Shown piece after piece: positions 1-10,998 of a stretch of DNA of 64,000 nt. The stretch lies in assembly GCA_951406725.2 (NCBI GenBank), contig OX597825.1:24986001-25050000 (forward strand), given 5' to 3'. Origin of the DNA: Octopus vulgaris (taxonomy: Eukaryota). The first letter of the stretch is position 1. Every line of letters starts with the position of its first letter. Position numbers and translations under genes: made by a program. A model generated the notes under the pieces. That model had not been told where the DNA came from. It worked only from the letters and a program-made list of their open reading frames with translations, and did no database searches.

Positions 1-1265
1 TCGCGCGCAGTCGCAGAATTTCGGTATGACACTGGAATCCTGAAATGGACAGAGGAGGGACTAAAAGAGAAAGACAGGAAGTCAAGAAAGCTCCTAACGA
101 TGCACGGGTCCCATCATCCACGTACAGACACTGATCACCTATATATGAAGAGATAAGTGTGGAAGACTGCATATGTGTTGAACTCAAGAGCCTTAATGAG
201 ATACCTATCCGAAAGTAAGGAAACCTTGCTGGTAACAGTTAGGAACGAGGGAATATTGAGAGCAGAGCAAAAAGGAAAAACAAAGGAAGAAGTACAAAAA
301 GGACGTGAAGAAGAATTACGCAAGAAGGGAATACACAATCAATTTCATGAAGCCACAACAGAAGTTGCTGGAAAAAATAGGTGGGATTGGCTGATAAAAG
401 GACCCCGCCCCCCTACACACACACACACACACAAAGAGACAGAGAGCTGGCAGCGCAAGATCAAGCTTTAGCCACGAATTGGAGGGTCGACCTTAGGAAT
501 GAGCAAGTGTTGTCCCTATTGTCATGGGAGCATTGGTTCAATCCACCCAACCTGAAAAAAACATTTGGAATCTTTAGAAATACCTTACAATCTAGGTGTA
601 TTGCCGCATCTGCAATAGAGTGGATGAAACCATTGCCCATATCACGAACGAATGCCCTAGACTTGCCAAAAACTACTACAAGTTGTGGGAACACGATCAG
701 ATAGCGAAAGGGCTACATTGGAAACTGCGAAAAGTGGGGGCTAGAGAGGGGCAAGACGTGATATGAGCACAAACCGCATAGTGTGGTGGAGACTAACAAA
801 ATCCTCTGGGATTTCCCAGTCCAAGTAGATTAGGCGCTAGAGCATAACAGACCGGGCCTAGTGGTGGTGGACAAGGTGCACTATATATGCTATGTAGTTG
901 ATGTTGCATGCGCCTTTGACCCACGAACAGTCAAGAAGGGAGGCGAAAAGATAGATAGATAGATACAAGCCTCTTAAGTACGAAATAGCCCGGGTATGGA
1001 AAATGAAGAAGATAAAGATAGTGCCAATTATTGTTGAGTCCTTGGGAACAGTATCAGAAGGCATCAAGAGGAATATAAAGGAAATTGGAATAGAGTGCCG
1101 AGTAGAACTGTTATAAATGGTTTGCCTCCATGGCACGGTCAGAATGACCAGGAAAGTATTAGATAGCTGAAAAGAACGAACAGCTTGGTACCGTAGACTG
1201 CATGTAGTAAACCCGCTACGCATGCAAGGCTCCAGGAACTCCAACAAAACTTGTGGTAAAGAGAA
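1..1265 (+). mobile_element. Degraded Dong/R4-like RLE non-LTR retrotransposon, 3' part, copy 1
   Basis: Broken frames read RKLLTMHGSHHPRTDTDHLY, ILWDFPVQ, HNRP-LVVVD, VVDVACAFD and PLKYEIARVW (RT C-terminus plus restriction-like endonuclease). A short 3' UTR runs directly into (TAA)n. Confidence 0.75.
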
Positions 1266-1358
<93 letters not shown>

Positions 1359-1377
1359 AATAATAATAATAATAATT
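1266..1377. repeat. Compound microsatellite (TAA)n-(TGA)n-(TAA)n
   Basis: Visible directly; it produces the poly-I/M/S ORFs in the track. Confidence 0.95.
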
Positions 1378-3400
1378 TCAAGTTTTGACACAAGCCCAAA
1401 CATTTCAGAAAATGAAGATCAGACGCGGAATATTCGAAGGTGATGCTATTCATATTGGCCATTAAACCGTTCACTATGATACTACAAAAAGTTAAAGTTG
1501 CTTAAGATTTGGGAAAAGTCTTGTACATACTATCTACATTTTCTCAAATGACGTAATTATGGAGTTTGGGATAGAAAAGTGCGCTACATTGAAAATGAAA
1601 CGAGGAAGATCTGAAAGAAGCCAGGGAATTGAAATGCTAAATGGGCAAACAATGAGAGCGGTTGAAAAAGGGCAGTGGTATAAGTACTTGGGAAACAGAC
1701 AAAATAAAAAATGAAGAAATGAAACAAATTACCAGTAGGGAGTACGCAAGGAGAGGAAGAAAATTATTGCAGTCAAAGCTGAATTCCAAAAATCTTATTG
1801 AAGCCATAAATTGAAGAGCAGTACTCTTATTCAGATATGGAGTTGGAATTATAAACTAGACCTAAAACAATATAAAGAAACTTGACAGAAAAAGTAGAAA
1901 ATTGTTGACAATATACGGAGCCCACGATCCGAAAGCTGGCATCAACCGGTTGTACTTGAGGAGAGACCAGGCTGAGAGAGGCTTAATAGCGGTAGAAGAA
2001 TGTGTACAGATAGGAAGGAAAAGACTAGTAGAGTATTTATAGAGCAGCATAGAAAAACTACTAAAGACTGAATAAAGAACAAGTGATGAAGCGCGTATTC
2101 TCTCTCTATATAAAGCTGAAATTGTCTGTGTATCGCAGGTTTGGCAACCTTCAACTAACACTATCTCCTCCGAGACCCTGCGGTGCAAGTTAACCAAAAT
2201 TAAGAGTATGATAGAAGAAGGTTTGCTCTTTCTTCCGTAGAAGAAAAAATTCAAATCGAACCATGTTAACACCAAAAATTATTTACATCAAAAAGCAGCT
2301 TTTTTTCTATGAAAATCCCTATCTTTTTACGATTTTTTGACTGCTGTGTCGCCATTTTTCGGTGTATTTCAACCAGAAAAATGTTCACTTAAAGAGAATA
2401 ACAAACTACATAATGCAAAATTTTTACTTTTCAAAAATTCCAATTCTAAAGGGTCGAAACAAACCCGAGCTACGCCGGGCGATACTGCTAGTAGGAGAAA
2501 AGGACAAAAATTAAATACAAAGAGAGCACGTCAGACAGATCGAAGGGAAACCTCTGCATGGCCAGTCATGGAGATCCACTGAAGACGTATGTGGAACAAT
2601 ATCTTGGGCTTGGTTAAAAAATGGACAATTAAAAATAAAAAAGAAATAGGGAGCCTAACTGTAGCAGCCTAAGATCAAGCAATAAAAACAAACAACTTGA
2701 GGGAAAATGTATATGGAGAGAATGTGTCAGTAAAATATAGAACTTGTGGAACTTGGAACGAGACAGTGGCACACATTGTGACAGAATGACCCAAGTTGGC
2801 ACAGGAAGAATATAAGAAATAGAGGCATAACCATGTTGTAAAAGTTTTACACTGGAAACGGTGTCAGAAATGGGGATTTGAAGCTGGAAACACATAGTAC
2901 AATCATCGAGTCGAAAGAGTACTGGAGTCGGAGAAATGTAAGATTTTTGTGGGACTTTCCTGTTCAAACGGACAAGAAGTTAGAAAGTAATAGACCGGAC
3001 ATAACAGTTATAGATAAGGAAAAGCAAAGTTGCTTACTAATCGACCCATCATGCCCGTTTGATTCCAGGATCGTAAAGAAAGAGGAAGAAAAGCAAAAAA
3101 AATATATATATATATACAATCCTTTAAAATTTGTAATAGGAAGAATTTGGAGCATGCGAGCAGTAAAGGTCGTACCTAGAATAATTGGTTTTGGGAACAG
3201 TATGCCAAGATATAGACAAATGGCTGAAGGAGATTAGAATAGAATGTCCTACTGAGCTTTTCCAGAAAGTTAGTCTCTTAGGGACAACAAGGATTATCAG
3301 GAGGGTTCTAAGCCCCTGAAAGACGACTGAAGACTTGTGGCTGCCTAAAGTTACAAAAATGGAGCTCCTAATCATGACTTGGCCCCCAACCCGTCGAGGA
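1378..3400 (+). mobile_element. Degraded Dong/R4-like RLE non-LTR retrotransposon, 5'-truncated copy 2, interrupted by a Helitron
   Basis: YKYLG, LDRKSRKLLTIYGAHDPK and LWDFPVQTDKKLESNRPDITVIDKEKQSCLLIDPSCPFDSRIVKKEEEK (PD-D endonuclease motif), with many stops and frameshifts. Confidence 0.8.
2099..2491 (+). mobile_element. Non-autonomous Helitron-like element, copy 1
   Basis: 5' TC, 3' CTAG followed by T, subterminal hairpin cccg-agctacgc-cggg at 2464-2479, no TSD. A second copy lies at 48570-48960. Confidence 0.75.
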
Positions 3401-3645
3401 GGGCATTATTTCTAAATAAGGACTGACTCGCACTGTAGCGACGCGTCCAACCCAAGCCAGCATGAAAAACGGATGAAAAAGGATGATGATCAAACACGCA
3501 AATGTGTGTGTATGTATCCGCGTATATGTGTGTGAGCGTGTGTGCGTGTATGAAGACAATTTGTCCGACAGTCCATTGACTCTGCTAATAGGCCGCCATA
3601 TCTATCTACGTATCTATCGATCGATCGATCGATTTATCTCTATCC

Positions 3646-3688
<43 letters not shown>

Positions 3689-3689
<1 letters not shown>

Positions 3690-3920
3690 AGGCGGTGAAC
3701 TGGCAGAAACGTTAGCACGCCGGGCGAAATGCGTAGCCGTATTTCGTCTGCCGTTACGTTCTGAGTTCAAATTCCGCCGAGGTCGACTTTGCCTTTCATC
3801 CTTTCGGGGTCGATAAATAAAGTACCAGTTACGCCCTGGGGTCGATGTAATCGACTTAATCCCTTTGTCTGTCCTTGTTTGTCCCCTCTATGTTTGGCCC
3901 CTTGTGGGCAGTAAAGAAAT
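3689..3920 (+). mobile_element. tRNA-derived SINE, family B (aaggcggtgagctggcagaa...)
   Basis: A-box-like TGGCAGAA and B-box GAGTTCAAATTCC; multiple copies in this window. Confidence 0.8.
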
Positions 3921-4024
3921 ATATATATGTGTGTGTATGTGTATATGTGAGCTCTCACACATGCATACATATATACTTGTATATATATATATGTGAGTGA
4001 ATATGTGCGTGCGCAAGCGTGTAG

Positions 4025-4063
4025 TCTTGCATTGTACAGGGTCAAGTTTTTGTTATATGTGGG

Positions 4064-4094
<31 letters not shown>

Positions 4095-4146
4095 ACGAAC
4101 GCACGCATACATCCCAACAAAAATTTGACCCTGTACCATTGCAAGA
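4025..4146. repeat. Inverted repeat (about 30-bp arms) around a (CA)n loop, MITE-like
   Basis: tcttgcattgtacagggtcaagtttttgtt (4025-4054) pairs with aacaaaaatttgaccctgtaccattgcaaga (4116-4146). Confidence 0.75.
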
Positions 4147-4507
4147 GCGCGTGCGCGCACACAATCACACACACAAGAGTAATTCCTTTACTCCTTGCTA
4201 TGGCCATCTGGATGTAGGTAGACACACCAGGGGTAGCCTTGCTGATGGCATATAATCATCATCCACTGCTGCTATTGAAGCCAACATCCCCTAACAGCCG
4301 TCCAGCAGCATCAACGCCAGCCTTTGGTCCAGATAATACTTACTGGTCATTTAAAATTTCACGTGTTTCCACCGTCCTCTCTCTCTCTTTCTTTCACATA
4401 CATATATATATCTACGTACGTGCAAGCAGTCACACCATTCATGGTTCGCACTACACAAAACAAAACAAATAAATGAATTAAAAAAAATAAAAAAAAGCGA
4501 GATTTTG

Positions 4508-4600
4508 TGACGTCAGAAGGTAACGAATTCATCACCCGCTCAGGACTTCAGCCAGTGTCACTTTCCGGTCAGTCGCTCATAAAAATATATATATATAAGA
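4508..4600 (+). promoter_or_regulatory. Putative promoter of the NHL gene (CRE, ETS-like site, Inr, TATA-like tract)
   Basis: TGACGTCA at 4508-4515, TTTCCGGT at 4562-4569, TCAGTC at 4569-4574 and a TATATAA-like tract at about 4586-4598, all just upstream of ATG 4625. Confidence 0.5.
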
Positions 4601-4624
4601 GAAAGTGGCCAGTCCCGAGTGAAA

Positions 4625-5491
4625 ATGGCGGATTCGGCAACAGCAAAAGTGGAAAGAGAAAAAGTTGGGCTCTTACAAGAATTTTCTGCAGAATTGCCGG
4701 ACGATGAATATACTTGCAGACTGCATTCGATTTTGACTATCGAAGATAATAATATTGCTGTGATTGATTTCAACAACAAGCGATTGAAATTGTTCAATCA
4801 GTCGGGTGGGTTTTTACACAGTGTTGAATTTGACCACCATCCTCGTCGCGCTTGTCTGACCCCCACCAAGGATATTATCGTCACCCTCAAGGGAATCAGT
4901 CAGCTCGCCATGATTCAATATATCGATCACCAATTACGTATAACCAATACAATTCAGACTGACAAGGAATACATCGATATCGATGCTATCGACCACAAGA
5001 GGTTAGTCGCGAACATGTGCGGCTACATCGATGTTCTGAATTACGAAGGAAAAGTGTTAAACCGAATAAACCACTACATCGGTGAAGGAACAGAAGGTCT
5101 TCGTGTGAAATTTCCGTCGTCTCTTAGAACCAGGAATAATCTCCTTTATACAACAGAAGTTCGCTACAACGGAGACAGGAGCCTCGGCTTGCAGTGTATG
5201 ATTTGTTGTGACCTGTTTGGTAAGGCCATATTCGTATATAAAGGTCCGAAGGAGCCTCTGTTGTTTCCTTGCGGAGTCACCCTCGACAAGTATGGCAATA
5301 TTTACATAGCTTGTCGAGTGACCAGCAGAATTTATAAAATAGAACCAAACGGTTCGATGGAAAGCTTGCTTTTGTCCAAGTCTGACGGATTATCTCAACC
5401 ATGGTGCATGTGGGTCACTGAAAACATGAGGCTTATCTTTACTGAATACGAATCCAGCATAATTCGAATGTTCCAGTTGCCTCCGAAATAA
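4625..5491 (+). CDS. Intronless NHL-repeat / beta-propeller protein (288 aa), resembling the C-terminus of TRIM-NHL proteins
   Basis: Clean ORF with aaaATGG start and an in-frame TAA upstream at 4580. NHL-like blades: IAVIDFNNKRLKLFNQSG, LLFPCGVTLDKYGNIYIACRVTSRIYKIEPNG, GLSQPWCMWV. AT-rich 3' UTR follows. Confidence 0.85.
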   Translation: MADSATAKVEREKVGLLQEFSAELPDDEYTCRLHSILTIEDNNIAVIDFNNKRLKLFNQSGGFLHSVEFDHHPRRACLTPTKDIIVTLKGISQLAMIQYIDHQLRITNTIQTDKEYIDIDAIDHKRLVANMCGYIDVLNYEGKVLNRINHYIGEGTEGLRVKFPSSLRTRNNLLYTTEVRYNGDRSLGLQCMICCDLFGKAIFVYKGPKEPLLFPCGVTLDKYGNIYIACRVTSRIYKIEPNGSMESLLLSKSDGLSQPWCMWVTENMRLIFTEYESSIIRMFQLPPK

Positions 5492-6484
5492 TTTTAACAT
5501 TCAAATCGAAACCAACTTCGGTCAACCTCCACCAGATGTGCAAATTTTATTCTTTTTCTTTCTTCATACAAATACATTATTTCTTTCAATTATCTGATTT
5601 TAAAATTATCAAAATCTCAAAACTTTCAAAAACTATATATATATATATATATATTTGTAGAAATCCAATTTATATTTTCTTTAAACAAACATAACATATC
5701 AATATTTTTTTTTTTTACCTTATTAAAAAATAGTAACAAAATGATGAGGTAAGAGAATTTTGGATAATTTTTATTTTATTTTTTTCTCATTGCAAATGAA
5801 TTTTAAAACGTTACATTTAATAGATTTAAAACAAGAAAAAAAAATGATACAAAATATGATTTATATTTTACCAAAACTGGTAAAATAACTGATATATTGA
5901 AATATATCTTTTACCTTTTTTTTATATTTCTATATTAGCTTTTAAATTTGAAAAAAAAAACCCAAACAAGCAAATGATTTTTATTAAACTACTAAAATGT
6001 ATTGAATTTTCTGAGTAATATATATCTTTTTCATTTTATATATTTTAATTTTATAAATATATGTTTCATAATAAAACTTCTGGAAGTCAGTAGGATTTAT
6101 ACCATTCCTTGGATTATGTTTTCGTTTTACTGATAAAACTTTCTGAAAAACAAAAAAACAAAAACAAATTACATCATGAAGAAATTGATAGATCTCAGCA
6201 GTTTGGATTTTGCAGGGGGACACGCAAAATATTAAATTCCATTTACAAATGACCCAAAAGTGCTTCTTTTTTTTTTATTTCGAAGCCAAATATTTTGGGA
6301 CTTATTGCGTTATTGGTTGACACCCCAAGTTCATGATAAACACCAACCACGCTGACATAACCAAAAAGCTTGGTTAACCCACATGTACCCTCCCCTCTTC
6401 TCAAACATCCCTTTTATTTATTTATTTTTTCTTTGAGTCACTAGACAACTGCTATACCGAGGAAACTCATTGAAGGGTTTAATC

Positions 6485-6654
6485 CTGTGGTGCCCAACTT
6501 TTTCGTTACCAAGGACCCTTTTTTATTTAAATGAGTTTTCAAACGGATCCCTTTTAATATGCTTATCCTTATGTAAGTAGATACATATATATATATATAT
6601 ATATATGGAAGAGATTTTGAATTTAGTTCGCGGACCACAGGTTGGGAACCAATG
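6485..6654. mobile_element. hAT-type MITE
   Basis: TIRs ctgtggtgcccaac / gttgggaaccaatg; 8-bp TSD gtttaatc / gtttagtc. Confidence 0.7.
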
Positions 6655-6659
6655 GTTTA

Positions 6660-7172
6660 GTCGAACCTTTTCAAAGTTTGGTACTTACTCAATAGGTTAT
6701 TTTTACCGAACCACTAAGTCACGGGGATGAAAATAAGCCAACGCCGGTTTTCAAGCACTAGTGGCGTACATACACTACACAAAGACACACACACCCCACA
6801 TATACGACGGGCTTCTTTCAGTTTCCATCTGTCAAATTCAGTCACACGGCTTTGGTCGGCCTGGAACTATTGTAGAAGACACTTGCGTGAAGTACCGCGC
6901 TTTAGGACTGAACTCGAAACTACATGGTTGCAAAGCAAGCTTCTTAAGCATACAGCTACACCCGCGCCTCGAAGTAAATTAAAATGTTTTCGTCGTATTT
7001 CCAACAGCAAAGACCGTCGCTACGTTCTGAGTTCAAATTCCGCCGAGGTCGACTTTGCCTTTCATCCTTTCGAGGTCGATAAATTAAGTGCCAATTACAC
7101 ACTGGGGTCGATGTAATCGACTAGTCCCCTTTTCCCCAAATTTCGGGCCTTGTGCCTATAAGTAGAAAAGTA
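6660..7172. mobile_element. Degraded SINE A (-) followed by a SINE B fragment (+)
   Basis: Similar to intact copies at 7685-8086 and 3689-3920. Confidence 0.65.
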
Positions 7173-7684
7173 TTTGTTTTGCCTTAAGAGTCTTCATTAT
7201 CGTTAAAGGAGAGTTTGGGAGAGAATAGACGATACTGTTGCAAACGACACCAAAGGCTCATTCTTTGGTGATAAACATTTTGAAGAACGGTCTGCCATAT
7301 AATAGAAGAGCTTCTAATCCAAGCCATTCGACTTAGCTATACGCTTTCCATTCTCTGTTTGATGCCGCGAAAAATGTATGACCGACATATCTAATCGTTT
7401 GTCTCCCTCCTCTTAAATTCCAAGGTCTTCTAGAGAACAAGGAAACTTCTCCAGTCTGTTACACAACCAGGCAATAACTATAGAAATGTTCCCCGCTACG
7501 GACTTTAGTTCCTTGATAACTTTTCTTAAAAATGCTTACTTTTGAAGAAATTTTTCCGAGATACATTTTAGATGGTGGATTAGTTATGTGGGAGGTGGGG
7601 TTGGTTTTTTTTGCTTTTTTTATGAGTTTCGAATAATTCTTCCCGTTCCAGGTTTTGTTACTGCATAACTTTCTGAGGAATATA

Positions 7685-7886
7685 CTCTTTTACTTGTTTC
7701 AGTCATTTGACTCCGGCCATGCTGGAGCACTGCCTTTAATCGAGCAACTCGACCCCGGGATTTATTCTTTTGTAAGCCCAGTACTTATTCTATTAGTCTC
7801 TTTTGCCAAACCGCTAAGTGACGGGGACATAAATACACCAGCATCGGTTGTCAAGCAATGCTAGGGGGACAAACACAGACACACAA

Positions 7887-7923
<37 letters not shown>

Positions 7924-8083
7924 CGACAGGCTTCTTTCAGTTTCCGTCTACCAAATCCACTCACAAGGCATTGGTCGGCCCGGGGCTATAGTAGAAGACA
8001 CTTGCCCAAGATGCCACGCAGTGGGACTGAACCCTGAACCATGTGGTCGGTAAACAAGCTACTTACCACACAGCCACTCCTAC

Positions 8084-8086
<3 letters not shown>
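7685..8086 (-). mobile_element. tRNA-derived CORE-like SINE, family A, full length
   Basis: Head ggcgtaggagtggctgtgtggtaag, B-box-like ggttcagtccc, CORE-like cttgggcaagtgtct and an internal (TA)/(TG) tract. More than 10 copies in the window. Confidence 0.85.
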
Positions 8087-8114
<28 letters not shown>

Positions 8115-8360
8115 GATATTTTCTAGAGTGTAGAGTAACGATTATTTTGATAAAATTAAAGAACAAAAATAGTGACGTACACCACCGAAAACGTATCTCT
8201 AGAAAATTTCAGTGAGAAACAAGCATTAAGAAAGCTACGTGAAACTCAAGTCGGGTAGACTGACAGCCATTCCTATAGTTATGCCAAGAATCAGGATACG
8301 TTTAGCTATTTTCCGAGATTATCCGTGAAAGGATGTAATGAACACCGATGCAATACCATC

Positions 8361-8620
8361 GGTCAATATAAAGGTCTTGGCATACTTTCGATATAACTTG
8401 ACAAAATCAAAACACTTCAATTCGGGTGTTTCCGTGGAAGCAAATGACAGTTCGATTCTGTTTTCTGCTTGGAAATTTGCGGATTTTTTTACATACACAC
8501 CTGAAACAGGTAAGAACAAATCGTTATATTTGTACTCCACAACCCACGGAAATATCCGAAGCGAAACGTCTCGACCTTGTCGAGCTATATCGAAGGAATG
8601 CCAAGATCTTTATATTGACC
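8361..8620. mobile_element. MITE with about 77-bp imperfect TIRs and 8-bp TSD (Merlin-like)
   Basis: Arms 8361-8437 and 8544-8620 begin GGTCAATATAAAG; perfect TSD ATACCATC at 8353-8360 and 8621-8628. Confidence 0.8.
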
Positions 8621-9243
8621 ATACCATCTAACCTAGGCCTGCTCGAACAAGGTCAGCCTGCTGTTAGACATCGTACTGGGTCTCTCTGTCTCGTAAGAAT
8701 AAACTCATGGCAGAGAGGCGACTTGTCATAAATCTTTAATTGTTTTCTTGTTTCGGTTATTGGACTGCGGCCATGCCGGAGCACCACCTAGATGGGTTTG
8801 GTCCGAATAAATCTAGTCCCGTTAATTTAATTTTTTTTTAAAGCGTTGTATTTATTTTATCGATTACTTTTGCGAACTGCTATGTTACGGAGACGTAAAC
8901 AAACCAACGCCAGTTGTCAAGCTGTGGTGGTGAGTGCAGGAACAAACACACACGACGGTCTTTTAGATTCTGTCTACGAAATCTATTCACAAGGCTTTGG
9001 GATTGAACCCAGAACCATATTGTTGGGAAGCAAACTTCTTGACATACAGCCACGCCCATTTCACTGGGTGGTTGTGGGGGGAGAGATAGAGAGAGAGAGA
9101 AGGCTGAAAATAGACGTTGGTAAAAATTTGGGAGATCATGCAGTTTCGCACCTCTCCTTGAAAAATGCATTTTTTTTTTTCGAAAAAAAAATTTTACGAA
9201 TACGCAAAAAACAAAAAAACAAAATTTAAACCCCTCCATCTCC

Positions 9244-9417
9244 GGTACTATTTAAGAAGAGTGGTCCCGGTGCACGTACTCGCACATCCGCACTAACTAG
9301 TCATGACTAATCGATCCTTACTTTGTATTTTATTTACTTTGCTAGGTAGTCGTTGTAGGATCGACTAGTCACGACTAGCGAGTGCGCGCACCGGGACCAC
9401 TCTTCTTAAATAGTACC
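9244..9417. mobile_element. MITE with perfect 30-bp TIRs and 9-bp TSD (Merlin- or Mutator-like)
   Basis: TIR GGTACTATTTAAGAAGAGTGGTCCCGGTGC at both ends; TSD tccatctcc / tccatcccc. Confidence 0.8.
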
Positions 9418-10393
9418 TCCATCCCCTACCCCTTAAAATTTTGGAAAAAAATTTTTCGGATTCCTACTTTTATATAACAGAGATAACGAGTATGTAAAAG
9501 AAAAAAATTTCTACCCACCCCCATTAAAATTTTTTGATTTTGTTTTTTTTAAAGATACCGTAGCGAATTGACGAACACATGCAAATCGAAATTAAATACA
9601 CACTAAAACATTAAAGTGGAAAGAATTTACATTTTACTTGTGGTTGGCTTGGCTTCTGTCTGTCTATTTATCCCTGTCCGTTTATTCATAAAATATATTT
9701 GTCAACTAAATGTGGCGGTCCTATAGATGACGGTGTTACTGTTGTTTTTAGCCCCAGGAAGACATTCACATCTATCTGTCTCTTTATACACATTTTTTTT
9801 TTTTTTTTTTTGCATATCCGTAATCTCTGACATCTAAAACAGGCGGGGGTAAAGATTATGGACCGCGCCCACTTTAGGATTTTTTTTTTTTTTTTTTTTA
9901 CAGGAACATATTATATTAAGGGCAGAGATTCCGAATCTGCAAAAAAAAAAAAATATGCATTTCAAAATTTTAATTCTCACCCCCCGCTCCCTCGATTGCG
10001 AGGATTCCGAATCTGCAAAAAATCGGCATTTCAAAATTTAAACCCCTCCCCCAATTTTTCACTTTTTTTTTTAGAAATGTTTTTGGGGAAATACGTAGAA
10101 AAATACGGAGATTATGATTCTGAGAAAGAAATTATGTAAAATTTCAATTTTTCAAAAATAAATAAATAAATAAATAAATCCCAATGGAAATTTTTGGAAG
10201 CAGGGGGAATGGATTAAATTTAAATTTATTATTTTTTTTTGCATATGAGATTGTCTTGTTAAAATTTATCTGCAATGATTTGGTTATACTGCTACGATAC
10301 ACAAAATAGTTTAATTCTTTTTAGTGGCTGTGTGGTAAGTAGCGTCTTATTTTGGTGAATCGTTTCGATTTCCCTATTCTTTTCTTTCTTTTC

Positions 10394-10773
10394 TCTTTTA
10401 CTTGTTTCAGTCATTTGACTGCGGCCATGCTGGAGCACCGCCTTTAGTCGAGCAAATCGACCCCGGGACTTATTCTTTGTAAGCCCAGTACTTATTCTAT
10501 TGGTCTCTTTTGCCGAAACGCTAAGTGACGGGGACGTAAACACCAGCATCGGTTGTCAAGCAATGCTAGGGGGACAAACACAGACACAAACATACACACA
10601 TACATATATATGACAGGCTTCTTTCAGTTTCCATTTACCAAATCCACTCACAAGGCATTTGTTGGCCCGGGGCTATAGTAGAAGACGCTTGCCCAAGATG
10701 CCACGCAGTGGGACTGAACCCGGAACCATGTGGTTGGTTAGCAAGCTACTTACCACACAGCCACTCCTGCGCC
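10394..10773 (-). mobile_element. SINE family A, full length
   Basis: Near-identical to 7685-8086. Confidence 0.85.
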
Positions 10774-10998
10774 TATGCACATTTTTAAATGACATTTTCG
10801 ACCAATACGTTTTTCAGTGATCAAGATTACGGTAAATAAAAACGTGCTCATGCGTGAAATTGTAGCTCAACTTTTTCAATTTCTTATTAGGTTTATAATG
10901 TCCACACCTTAAAAATCTTAATTTAAACAGTTTTTTTTTCTAAAAGAAGTTACATGGTTTGCTTCGATCCAGAATCTATAAGTCGTGTGCATGCATGA

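Noticed and set aside
858-1474. Poly-Ile, poly-Ser and poly-Met ORFs
   Set aside because: They are translations of a trinucleotide microsatellite.
3689-3790. tRNA-like A/B boxes here and in other repeats
   Set aside because: These are SINE heads with no complete cloverleaf, each followed by SINE body sequence.
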